NCBI GenBank assembly: GCA_964016885.1 | Contig: OZ024740.1 | Coordinates: 58,714,001 to 58,778,000, forward strand | Reading direction: 5' to 3' | DNA length: 64,000 nucleotides | DNA from: Eledone cirrhosa | Lineage: Eukaryota | Part shown: piece by piece, positions 1 to 13,600 of the stretch | Layout: the number at the start of each line of letters is the position of its first letter | Position numbering within the stretch: the stretch's first letter is position 1 | The notes under the pieces: generated by a model | Seen by the model: the letters and a program-made list of their open reading frames with translations, nothing else | What the model was told of the DNA's origin: nothing | The model's database searches: none | Made by a program: the position numbers and the translations under genes

Positions 1-59
1 TACATAATTGGAACCACTGTCCTTCTAGACAGGCTGATGGCAATATCTTACCATACCAT

Positions 60-560
60 ACATTCCAAGTTTAGCTTGGTTTCTACAACTGGATGCCTTT
101 CCTAATGTCAACCACTTTACAGAATGTACTTGATGTATCTTATCGTGGCACCAACACTAGTCAAATTGTCAAATCCTAGTCATGATTAAAGAGTCCTCTT
201 AACCCTTTCTGACATGGTTTCCATGGCTGGATGCCTTTTCTGGTGCCAACCACTTTACAGTGTGTGCTTGGTGTATTGTATTGGGTCACTAATATTAGGG
301 ATGCTATCATGCCCTTGAAATGACTGAAAAATCCTATCAACTCTCTTTTGTTAGCATGGCTATATGGCTGGATGCCCTTCTTAATGCCAACCACTTTACA
401 GAGTGTACTAAGTGTATTTTATTGTGGCACCAGCCCGAGACAGATTGTCAGATCATTGACTTGATTGAACATACTCTATGTTGTTATCAATTAAATGCCA
501 ATCACTTCACTGAATGTATCAAGTGCATTTTATAATGACACCAACACTATTGTGATTGCT
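60..560 (-). mobile_element. Cluster of degenerate short elements sharing the RTE 3'-UTR/tail motif
   Basis: Repeated motif ggtttctacarctggatgccyttcctaatgccaaccactttacagagtgtact...tggcacc at ~78-160, 215-290 and 355-435; reverse complement of the RTE 3' UTR at 24810-24860. Boundaries approximate. Confidence 0.55.
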
Positions 561-1920
561 TTGTATTAATGTAGGATAAACCAAGAACAACTTAAGTTCT
601 GATCCCTAACCTCTATATAGGAATATTCACAGGAATATGGCTACTTGGCAAAATTTGTTTTGTGTTGTTTCCATTTGTTGTTGCAGAATCAGAAATAATT
701 TGCTGCTGTTTCTGAATATTAAATAAGACTGTAAACTTTATTGATTAGTTCCCACCAAGTAAATTATCCCTCTTTTAATTAAATATTATATCTGACACTA
801 TTTCGCTTCACTACTATCCTTGCTGTAACTGAACATATGGATTGATTCACTACCTTCTTGTATCTGAATGGGTCATTTATAAAATCATTGTTTATAATGA
901 AGCCTGTTATTTCAAAATATAATTCTTGCAGAAATGAATTAACTGAAATAAATGAACACTCTGATCGTATGAAACATATAATTTAATTTTACCTAGCTCC
1001 AGGCTTAAGAATATAATAAATAGTTAATTATAGCTTTTATTGAAAACGCTATATATTTTGGTACATTGTTTCAGCTTTCTTATTGTTAGGTTTTGACCAG
1101 GTTTATTTTATTCTCATTTGTCTTGAATGTGTTTTAAAACATTAAATGTGTTGAAACAGATTAAAACTTCAATATTTTTTTTTATGCTCTAGCATAAAAA
1201 AATATTAAGTTTTAATAATTTTAGCTAAAACAAACTAAAGAATTATCCAACTGGTATAAATTCTACTTGTTGCTGGTGATTCAACAAGCAAGAAATACCA
1301 TTATTATCTAAGGAACTTGTTCTACTTCTCTGATTATTCAGTTTTGCAAACAATTTTAAAATTTTGTTTATATCTTAGTGTTTAGCATTAATTCCATCCC
1401 TGGAAAAGATAGATTTGTTTCAGAATTGAAATTTGCTGAGTAAATTCTAACTCTACACACATTTCAAATCTGATTGGTCAGATTAAAGGACTTTGCTCTC
1501 AAATAAGAAATAGTTCACCCACTGAAGAGAACCATCTTCTGTCTTTCACTGTAGCAATTGTTTGCCTATTCTTACATTACTTAGACCAACATTTAATTTT
1601 ATATATAAAACAGTAAAGTAGAAGATAAATTTGAAGATCTTATTTGAATATATTACAGATAGTGATGACCAGGAAATTTAATCATCAATGATATTTATAT
1701 ATAAATCTATTACAGAACTTTCTCCAACCTGCTTATTATATTTGAGGAAGACTATAAATACATAGCAAAATACCTCATTTTTTTGTTAAATATCTATATC
1801 ACTTTAGGTCAAGTTTGATGCTTTTAGCTTAATGTATGAAAATGATTGATCAGGATAGTTAATTTTAGAATATATATATATGTATATGTATGTAGATATA
1901 TATATGTGAGTGTGTGTATA

Positions 1921-2667
1921 TATGATGCCTGCATATGAACAGCAATGTTACATGGCAGTGAGACTTGGGCATTGTGTGCAGAGGATATACGCAGACTGGA
2001 GAGGAACGAAGCTTGCATGCTCCGTTGGATGTAATATACGTGAACGGCAAAGCATAAATGAACTAAGGGAGAAATTAGGAATAAGAGGGATCAGATGTTG
2101 TTTACTTAAGAGAAGACTACGTTGGTACAGTCACGTGATGCACATGAAAGACGACAGCTGTATAAAAAAGTGCAGGGCGATAAAAATAGACGGTAGTCAC
2201 GGAGTAGGCAGACCCAGAAAAACCTGGGACGACTTGATAAATTCCGACCTCACACACTTACACCTCTCCAAGACAATGTCACTGGACCGAGATCTTTGGT
2301 GCTACACAGTAATACAGAAGACCCGCCTTGCCTAAGTACAAAGCGAAACCTACAGTCACTAGGCACCGCTTAACAAAAATATATTCCCGTCCCACTACCC
2401 CCACCCCATCCACACCACCCCTTTCGATGTAAAGTTATGTTGGTACCACAACATCCAGTCCGAAATAAATGAGGTCGTGTAGGTGTCACGACAAAAATAC
2501 ACACAGTCCACGCTGTAAACGTGGTTGGTGTTAGGAAGGGCATCCAGCCGTAGAAAACCCGCCAAACAATCCTATATGAGCAAGACAACCAATCTTGCCT
2601 CAAGTGGGAAAATTCCCGTCCAAACCCATGCAAGCATGGAAGATGGACATTAAACGATGATGATGAT
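1921..2667 (+). mobile_element. 5'-truncated RTE-clade LINE copy (young family)
   Basis: Near-identical to 24165-24982; encodes ...LRWYSHVMHM...GRPRKTW; ends in (GAT)n; 8-bp deletion near 2030 and 49-bp deletion in the 3' UTR; sits in a TA/TG microsatellite. Confidence 0.92.
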
Positions 2668-3413
2668 ATATGTGTGTGTAATATATATATTTATGTACAT
2701 ACATTAAGTCTATTTTCTCTTCTATGTACTATTGCGTTATAATTTCTATCTTTATTTCCATACATAGTTTTATGTATTGGTGCTTGTAACCAAATAGAAT
2801 ATATTTAGTGTTTCTTAAGAGCAACATAGCAGCTACTATATAATAGCAAATACGGCAAGGAGCAATCTTTAATTTTGTGATGTCTGAAATATAAAATCTG
2901 TAAAACCTTGAAAATATATAAAATAAAATAAATAACCCAAGTTTATGTTATAAGGGAAGAACATTTCAGTAAGAAGACCTTTTGAACTATAATGTTAAAA
3001 TGCTGTGATATCTATGACATATATTATAGATTTTATATCAATACACTGGCTGCTGTGAAATATAGCCAGAGAGACCTAAATAATACAAGCTACTGTAGAG
3101 ATTGTGCTGATTTGCATTGTGTAAGACTAATGAAAGAAGATACTATACAAATCAAAATGTTATGGTATTTAATTTTAAGACTTCAACTAGATTATATGTG
3201 AAATATAGGACTATTGAGAAATAGAGATAATAAAGTTACAAATAATCTGTGTGGGAAATATTAAAAATTCCTACAAAATAAATCAACATATATGAATTCA
3301 TTAATAAATGAAATAAAATAACATTAACTCTTAACATCCTGTACCACAGGAAATCACATTAGCAAGGCATTCCTGTAAGGTACAAAACAGCACTCTAACT
3401 GCTTTAAACTCTA

Positions 3414-3527
3414 CTTCTTCTTCTTTTTTTTTTCTTCTTCTTCTTCTTCTTCTTCTTCTTCGTCTTCTTCTTTTTTCTTTTTTTTTCTTTTTCTTTTTCT
3501 TTTTCTTTTTCTTTTTCTTCTTCTTCT
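3414..3527. repeat. (TTC)n / T-rich simple repeat
   Basis: Seen directly. Confidence 0.9.
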
Positions 3528-4600
3528 CACAACATCACAAGAAAAGTTGCTGGTCATAGACCCAACTATAAAGCCTTCTGTATAAAATCATCACAATTAA
3601 TGACTGTTTCCCATGCTGGCAATGTGTGTGTGTGTATATATATATATGTGTGTGTGTATATATATATTTGAAAAGGGAGTGAGGTTCTATACAAAACAGA
3701 GGTTATAGAGAAAACATCAGATTGGGAACAGCATGGAAAATATATTAAAAGAATGTGTTTTTCTTTTTTTCTTCTTTGATCTGTCAAAGTTATTGAAAAA
3801 ATGAGAAAAACAATTTTAAAAAAAAAGAGTTTTATAATGTATATAAAATATTTGATATATAAAACTGATGATATATATATATGTATATGTATAGGGGGGT
3901 ATACTTTTTTCTTATCACTTTCAGCTTTTGTTGATTTAACAAAAGGCTTTATAATATGAATAGAGCATCTTTGTAGAAAATACTCTGAAAACTCAGTTGT
4001 CCAGTTCACTTTGTATTGATAATTAAATCATTTCATGATGAAATGGAAGCATGAGTCAATGTGAGGTTTGGGTCTTTTGCTAAGATGACCCAACAGATTT
4101 TAACATCAAATTTAACAGAAGGGCACTCAAGAGTCATGACTTGGATATGGCACAGCTTCCTTGGAGTGGAAGAAGTTAAGAGCCAAAACACTTACATGAG
4201 GGGGTGGGGTTCTTCTCTGAAAACCCTCTTTTCTCCAGCTCTCCTGAGAGTTTCTTACCTCTATATAAATGCCTTATTGGATATACTGATTATGTTGTCA
4301 TATCACATGATGATAAGTGGAGCAGGAACAGTCACTTAACCACCAAGAAACAAATCAATTCCATCACTCTCAACACAGCCCAGTTTCATACTATATCTAT
4401 GCAGTTGTATACCTCTTTTTTTATCACTTTGCCATCAGAAATCTGGTGAAACAATGATTTGCCTGTTGGAAACCTATAACTAATAATGCATAACTATAAC
4501 TGATAACTAATAATTCATGAATTGTGCAATAAATAGAATTCAGTATTATACTTTATATTTTGCAAATGTTTGAACAAATTCAATTTCTTGAAATTTTGAA

Positions 4601-7600
4601 TTCAGAGGTGTGCTATTCCTATTGAAATTGGGTGTGTATATCTTGGGGCATGTTATCAGAGGTATGCTATTGCCGTTAAAGTTAAGTGTATATATCTTGG
4701 AGATTGTATTCAGAGGTATGCCATTGCCATTAAAGTTAAGTGTATATATCTTGGAGGTTGTATTCAGAGGTATGCTATTGCCGTTAAAGTTAAGTGTATA
4801 TATCTTGGAGATTGTATTCAGAGGTATGCCATTGCCATTAAAGTTAAGTGTATATATCTTGGAGGTTGTATTCAGAGGTATGCCATTGCCATTAAAGTTA
4901 AGTGTATATATCTTGGAGGTTGTATTCAGAGGTATGCCATTGCCATTAAAGTTAAGTGTATATATCTTGGAGGTTGTATTCAGAGGTATGCCATTGCCAT
5001 TAAAGTTAAGTGTATATATCTTGGAGATTGTATTCAGAGGTATGCCATTGCCATTAAAGTTAAGTGTATATATCTTGGGGCATGTTATCAGAGGTATGCC
5101 ATTGCCATTAAAGTTAAGTGTATATATCTTGGAGGTTGTATTCAGAGGTATGCCATTGCCATTAAAGTTAAGTGTATATATCTTGGAGGTTGTATTCAGA
5201 GGTATGCCATTGCCATTAAAGTTGGATGTATATATCTTAGATTGTATTCAGAGGTATGCCATTGCCATTAAAGTTAAGTGTATATATCTTGGAGGTTGTA
5301 TTCAGAGGTATGCCATTGCCATTAAAGTTAAGTGTATATATCTTGGGGCATATTATCAGTAGTATGCCATTGCCATTAAAGTTAAGTGTATATATCTTGG
5401 GGCATGTTATCAGAGGTATGCCATTGCCATTAAAGTTAAGTGTATATATCATGGAGGTTGTATTCAGAGGTATGCCATTAAATTTAAGTGTATATATCTT
5501 GGGGCATGTTATCAGAGGTATGCTATTGCCATTAAAGTTTAGTGTATATATCTTGGAGATTGTATTCAGAGGTATGCCATTGCCATTAAAGTTAAGTGTA
5601 TATATCTTGGAGGTTGTATTCAGAGGTATGCCATTGTCATTAAAGTTAAGTGTATATATCTTGGAGGTTGTATTCAGAGGTATGCCATTAAAGTTAAGTG
5701 TATATATCTTGGAGGTTGTATTCAGAGGTATGCCATTGCCATTAAAGTTAAGTGTATATATCTTGGAGGTTGTATTCAGAGGTATGCCATTAAAATTAAG
5801 TGTATATATCTCGGGCATGTTATCAGAGGTATGCCATTGCCATTAAAGATAAGTGTATATATCTTGGAGGTTGTATTCAGAGGTATGCCATTGCCGTTAA
5901 AGTTAAGTGTATATATCTTGGAGATTGTATTCAGAGGTATGCCATTGCCATTAAAGTTAAGTGTATATATCTTGGAGGTTGTATTCAGAGGTATGCCATT
6001 GCCATTAAAGTTAAGTGTATATATCTTGGAGGTTGTATTCAGAGATATGCCATTAAAGTTAAGTGTATATATCTTGGGGCATATTATCAGTGGTATGCTA
6101 TTGCCATTAAAGTTAAGTGTATATATCTTGGAGGTTGTATTCAGAGGTATGTCATTGCCATTAAAGTTAAGTGTATATATCTTGGAGGTTGTATTCAGAG
6201 GTATGCCATTGCTATTAAAGTTAAGTGTAAATATCTTGGAGATTGTATTCAGAGGTATGCCATTGCCATTAAAATTAAGTGTATATATCTTGGAGGTTGT
6301 ATTCAGAGGTATGCCATTGCCATTAAAGTTAAGTGTATATATCTTGGTGGTTGTATTCAGAGGTATGCCATTGCCATTAAAGTTAAGTGTATATATCTTG
6401 GAGGTTGTATTCAGAGGTATGTCATTGCCATTAAAGTTAAGTGTATATATCTTGGAGGTTGTATTCAGAGGTATGCCATTGCTATTAAAGTTAAGTGTAA
6501 ATATCTTGGAGATTGTATTCAGAGGTATGCCATTGCCATTAAAGTTAAGTGTATATATCTTGGAGGTTGTATTCAGAGGTATGCCATTGCCATTAAAGTT
6601 AAGTGTATATATCTTGGAGGTTGTATTCAGAGGTATGCCATTGCCATTAAAGTTAAGTGTATATATCTTGGGGCATGTTATCTGAGGTATGCCATTGCCA
6701 TTAAAGTTAAGTGTATATATCTTGGAGGTTGTATTCAGAGGTATGCCATTAAAGTTAAGTGTATATATATTGGAGGTTGTATTCAGAGGTATGCCATTAA
6801 AGTTAAGTGTATATATCTTGGAGGTTGTATTCAGAGGTATGCCATTGCCATTAAAGTTAAGTGTATATATCTTGGAGCTTGTATTCAGAGGTATGCCATT
6901 AAAGTTAAGTGCATATATCTTGGGGGCTGCATTCAGAGGTAGCCATTGCCATTAAAGTTAAGTGTATATATCTTGGAGGTTGTATTCAGAGATATGCCAT
7001 TGCCATTAAAGTTAAGTGTATATATCTTGGAGGTTGTATTCAGAGGTATGCCATTGCCATTAAAGTTAAGTGTATATATCTTGGGGCATGTTATCAGAGG
7101 TATGCTATTGCCATTAAAGTTGGATGTATATATCTTGGAGGTTGTATTCAGAGGTATGCCATTAAAGTTAAGTGTATATATCTTGGAGGTTGTATTCAGA
7201 GGTATGCCATTGCCATTAAAGTTAAGTGTATATATCTTGGAGGTTGTATTCAGAGGTATGCCATTGCCATTAAAGTTAAGTGTATATATCTTGGGGCATG
7301 TTATCAGAGGTATGCCGTTAAAGTTAAGTGTATATATCTTGGAGGTTGTATTCAGAGGTATGCCATTGCCATTAAAGTTAAGTGTATATATCTTGGAGGT
7401 TGTATTCAGAGGTATGCCATTGCCATTAAAGTTAGGTGTATATATCTTGGAGGTTGTATTCAGAGGTATGCCATTGCCATTAAAGTTAAGTGTATATATC
7501 TTGGAGGTTGTATTCAGAGGTATGCCATTGCTATTAAAGTTAAGTGTATATATCTTGGAGATTGTATTCAGAGGTATGCCATTAAAGTTAATTGTATATA

Positions 7601-10600
7601 TCTTGGAGATTGTATTCAGAGGTATGCCATTGCCATTAAAGTTAAGTGTATATATCTTGGAGGTTGTATTCAGAGGTATACTATTGCCATTAAAGTTAAG
7701 TGTATATATCTTGGAGATTGTATTCAGAGGTATGCCATTGCCATTAAAGTTAAGTGTATATATCTTGGAGGTTGTATTCAGAGGTATGCTATTGCGATTA
7801 AAGTTAAGTGTATATATCTTGGGGCATGTTATCAGAGGTATGCTATTGCCATTAAAGTTAAGTGTATATATCTTGGAGGTTGTATTCAGAGGTATGCCAT
7901 TAAAGTTAAGTGTATATATATTGGAGATTGTATTCTGAGGTATGCCATTGCCATTAAAGTTAAGTGTATATATCTTGGAGGTTGTATTCAGAGGTATGCT
8001 ATTGCCATTAAAGTTAAGTGTATATATCTTGGAGCTTGTATTCAGAGCTATGCCATTGCCATTAAAGTTAAGTGTATATATCTTGGAGGTTTTATTCAGA
8101 GGTATGCCATTGCCATTAAAGTTAAGTGTATATATCTTGGGGCATGTTATCTGAGGTATGCCATTGCCATTAAAGTTAAGGATATATATCTTGGAGGTTG
8201 TATTCAGAGGTATGCCATTAAAGTTAAGTGTATATATCTTGGAGGTTGTATTCAGAGGTATGCCATTGCTATTAAAGTTAAGTGTAAATATCTTGGAGAT
8301 TGTATTCAGAGGTATGCCATTGCCATTAAAGTTAAGTGTATATATCTTGGAGGTTGTATTCAGAGGTATGCCATTGCCATTAAAGTTAAGTGTATATATC
8401 TTGGAGGTTGTATTCAGAGGTATGCCATTGCCATTAAAGTTAAGTGTATATATCTTGGGGCATGTTATCTGAGGTATGCCATTGCCATTAAAGTTAAGTG
8501 TATATATCTTGGAGGTTGTATTCAGAGGTATGCCATTAAAGTTAAGTGTATATATCTTGGAGGTTGTATTCAGAGGTATGCCATTAAAGTTAAGTGTATA
8601 TATCTTGGAGGTTGTATTCAGAGGTATGCCATTGCCATTAAAGTTAAGTGTATATATCTTGGAGCTTGTATTCAGAGGTATGCCATTAAAGTTAAGTGCA
8701 TATATCTTGGAGGCTGTATTCAGAGGTAGCCATTGCCATTAAAGTTAAGTGTATATATCTTGGAGGTTGTATTCAGAGATATGCCATTGCCATTAAAGTT
8801 AAGTGTATATATATTGGAGGTTGTATTCAGAGGTATGCCATTGCCATTAAAGTTAAGTGTATATATCTTGGGGCATGTTATCAGAGGTATGCTATTGCCA
8901 TTAAAGTTGGATGTATATATCTTGGAGGTTGTATTCAGAGGTATGCCATTAAAGTTAAGTGTATATATCTTGGAGGTTGTATTCAGAGGTATGCCATTGC
9001 CATTAAAGTTAAGTGTATATATCTTGGAGGTTGTATTCAGAGGTATGCCATTGCCATTAAAGTTAAGTGTATATATCTTGGGGCATGTTATCAGAGGTAT
9101 GCCGTTAAAGTTAAGTGTATATATCTTGGAGGTTGTATTCAGAGGTATGCCATTGCCATTAAAGTTAAGTGTATATATCTTGGAGGTTGTATTCAGAGGT
9201 ATGCCATTGCCATTAAAGTTAGGTGTATATATCTTGGAGGTTTTATTCAGAGGTATGCCATTGCCATTAAAGTTAAGTGTATATATCTTGGAGGTTGTAT
9301 TCAGAGGTATGCCATTGCTATTAAAGTTAAGTGTATATATCTTGGAGATTGTATTCAGAGGTATGCCATTAAAGTTAATTGTATATATCTTGGAGATTGT
9401 ATTCAGAGGTATGCCATTGCCATTAAAGTTAAGTGTATATATCTTGGAGGTTGTATTCAGAGGTATACTATTGCCATTAAAGTTAAGTGTATATATCTTG
9501 GAGATTGTATTCAGAGGTATGCCATTGCCATTAAAGTTAAGTGTATATATCTTGGAGGTTGTATTCAGAGGTATGCTATTGCGATTAAAGTTAAGTGTAT
9601 ATATCTTGGGGCATGTTATCAGAGGTATGCTATTGCCATTAAAGTTAAGTGTATATATCTTGGAGGTTGTATTCAGAGGTATGCCATTAAAGTTAAGTGT
9701 ATATATCTTGGAGATTGTATTCTGAGGTATGCCATTGCCATTAAAGTTAAGTGTATATATCTTGGAGGTTGTCTTCAGAGGTATGCTATTGCCATTAAAG
9801 TTAAGTGTATATATCTTGGAGCTTGTATTCAGAGCTATGCCATTGCCATTAAAGTTAAGTGTATATATCTTGGAGGTTGTATTCAGAGGTATGCTATTGC
9901 CATTAAAGTTAAGTGTATATATCTTGGGGCATGTTATCAGAGGTATGCTATTGCCATTAAAGTTAAGTGTATATATCTTGGAGGTTGTATTCAGAGGTAT
10001 GCCATTGCCATTAAAGTTAAGTGTATATATCTTGGAGATTGTATTCAGAGGTATGCCATTGCCATTAAAGTTAAGTGTATATATCTTGGGGCATGTTATC
10101 AGAGGTATGCTATTGCCATTAAAGTTGGATGTATATATCTTGGAGGTTGTATTCAGAGGTATGCCATTGCCATTAAAGTTAAGTGTATATATCTTGGAGG
10201 TTGTATTCAGAGGTATGCCATTGCTATTAAAGTTAAGTGTATATATCTTGGAGGTTGTATTCAGAGGTATGACATTGCCATTAAAGTTAAGTGTATATAT
10301 CTTGGAGGTTGTATTCAGAGGTATGCTATTGCCATTAAAGTTAAGTGTATATATCTTGGAGGTTGTATTCAGAGATATGCCATTAAAGTTAAGTGTATAT
10401 ATCTTGGGGCATATTATCAGTGGTATGCTATTGCCATTAAAGTTAAGTGTATATATCTTGGAGGTTGTATTCAGAGGTATGTCATTGCCATTAAAGTTAA
10501 GTGTATATATCTTGGAGGTTGTATTCAGAGGTATGCCATTGCTATTAAATTTAAGTGTAAATATCTTGGAGATTGTATTCAGAGGTATGCCATTGCCATT

Positions 10601-13600
10601 AAAATTAAGTGTATATATCTTGGAGGTTGTATTCAGAGGTATGCCATTGCCATTAAAGTTAAGTGTATATATCTTGGTGGTTGTATTCAGAGGTATGCCA
10701 TTGCCATTAAAGTTAAGTGTATATATCTTGGAGGTTGTATTCAGAGGTATGTCATTGCCATTAAAGTTAAGTGTATATATCTTGGAGGTTGTATTCAGAG
10801 GTATGCCATTGCTATTAAAGTTAAGTGTAAATATCTTGGAGATTGTATTCAGAGGTATGCCATTGCCATTAAAGTTAAGTGTATATATCTTGGAGGTTGT
10901 ATTCAGAGGTATGCCATTGCCATTAAAGTTAAGTGTATATATCTTGGAGGTTGTATTCAGAGGTATGCCATTGCCATTAAAGTTAAGTGTATATATCTTG
11001 GGGCATGTTATCTGAGGTATGCCATTGCCATTAAAGTTAAGTGTATATATCTTGGAGGTTGTATTCAGAGGTATGCCATTAAAGTTAAGTGTATATATCT
11101 TGGAGGTTGTATTCAGAGGTATGCCATTAAAGTTAAGTGTATATATCTTGGAGGTTGTATTCAGAGGTATGCCATTGCCATTAAAGTTAAGTGTATATAT
11201 CTTGGAGCTTGTATTCAGAGGTATGCCATTAAAGTTAAGTGCATATATCTTGGGGGCTGCATTCAGAGGTAGCCATTGCCATTAAAGTTAAGTGTATATA
11301 TCTTGGAGGTTGTATTCAGAGATATGCCATTGCCATTAAAGTTAAGTGTATATATCTTGGAGGTTGTATTCAGAGGTATGCCATTGCCATTAAAGTTAAG
11401 TGTATATATCTTGGGGCATGTTATCAGAGGTATGCTATTGCCATTAAAGTTGGATGTATATATCTTGGAGGTTGTATTCAGAGGTATGCCATTAAAGTTA
11501 AGTGTATATATCTTGGAGGTTGTATTCAGAGGTATGCCATTGCCATTAAAGTTAAGTGTATATATCTTGGAGGTTGTATTCAGAGGTATGCCATTGCCAT
11601 TAAAGTTAAGTGTATATATCTTGGGGCATGTTATCAGAGGTATGCCGTTAAAGTTAAGTGTATATATCTTGGAGGTTGTATTCAGAGGTATGCCATTGCC
11701 ATTAAAGTTAAGTGTATATATCTTGGAGGTTGTATTCAGAGGTATGCCATTGCCATTAAAGTTAGGTGTATATATCTTGGAGGTTGTATTCAGAGGTATG
11801 CCATTGCCATTAAAGTTAAGTGTATATATCTTGGAGGTTGTATTCAGAGGTATGCCATTGCTATTAAAGTTAAGTGTATATATCTTGGAGATTGTATTCA
11901 GAGGTATGCCATTAAAGTTAATTGTATATATCTTGGAGATTGTATTCAGAGGTATGCCATTGCCATTAAAGTTAAGTGTATATATCTTGGAGGTTGTATT
12001 CAGAGGTATACTATTGCCATTAAAGTTAAGTGTATATATCTTGGAGATTGTATTCAGAGGTATGCCATTGCCATTAAAGTTAAGTGTATATATCTTGGAG
12101 GTTGTATTCAGAGGTATGCTATTGCGATTAAAGTTAAGTGTATATATCTTGGGGCATGTTATCAGAGGTATGCTATTGCCATTAAAGTTAAGTGTATATA
12201 TCTTGGAGGTTGTATTCAGAGGTATGCCATTAAAGTTAAGTGTATATATATTGGAGATTGTATTCTGAGGTATGCCATTGCCATTAAAGTTAAGTGTATA
12301 TATCTTGGAGGTTGTATTCAGAGGTATGCTATTGCCATTAAAGTTAAGTGTATATATCTTGGAGCTTGTATTCAGAGCTATGCCATTGCCATTAAAGTTA
12401 AGTGTATATATCTTGGAGGTTGTATTCAGAGGTATGCTATTGCCATTAAAGTTAAGTGTATATATCTTGGGGCATGTTATCAGAGGTATGCTATTGCCAT
12501 TAAAGTTAAGTGTATATATCTTGGAGGTTGTATTCAGAGGTATGCCATTGCCATTAAAGTTAAGTGTATATATCTTGGAGATTGTATTCAGAGGTATGCC
12601 ATTGCCATTAAAGTTAAGTGTATATATCTTGGAGGTTTTATTCAGAGGTATGCCATTGCCATTAAAGTTAAGTGTATATATCTTGGGGCATGTTATCTGA
12701 GGTATGCCATTGCCATTAAAGTTAAGGATATATATCTTGGAGGTTGTATTCAGAGGTATGCCATTAAAGTTAAGTGTATATATCTTGGAGGTTGTATTCA
12801 GAGGTATGCCATTGCTATTAAAGTTAAGTGTAAATATCTTGGAGATTGTATTCAGAGGTATGCCATTGCCATTAAAGTTAAGTGTATATATCTTGGACGT
12901 TGTATTCAGAGGTATGCCATTGCCATTAAAGTTAAGTGTATATATCTTGGAGGTTGTATTCAGAGGTATGCCATTGCCATTAAAGTTAAGTGTATATATC
13001 TTGGGGCATGTTATCTGAGGTATGCCATTGCCATTAAAGTTAAGTGTATATATCTTGGAGGTTGTATTCAGAGGTATGCCATTAAAGTTAAGTGTATATA
13101 TCTTGGAGGTTGTATTCAGAGGTATGCCATTAAAGTTAAGTGTATATATCTTGGAGGTTGTATTCAGAGGTATGCCATTGCCATTAAAGTTAAGTGTATA
13201 TATCTTGGAGCTTGTATTCAGAGGTATGCCATTAAAGTTAAGTGCATATATCTTGGAGGCTGTATTCAGAGGTAGCCATTGCCATTAAAGTTAAGTGTAT
13301 ATATCTTGGAGGTTGTATTCAGAGATATGCCATTGCCATTAAAGTTAAGTGTATATATATTGGAGGTTGTATTCAGAGGTATGCCATTGCCATTAAAGTT
13401 AAGTGTATATATCTTGGGGCATGTTATCAGAGGTATGCTATTGCCATTAAAGTTGGATGTATATATCTTGGAGGTTGTATTCAGAGGTATGCCATTAAAG
13501 TTAAGTGTATATATCTTGGAGGTTGTATTCAGAGGTATGCCATTGCCATTAAAGTTAAGTGTATATATCTTGGAGGTTGTATTCAGAGGTATGCCATTGC

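Noticed and set aside
3016-3120. DIYY...LHC followed by gtaaga, superficially like the SPO11 catalytic-tyrosine exon
   Set aside because: No AG acceptor before the DIYY codons, and the conserved F..Q..VD..I.DI.C.L pattern is absent.
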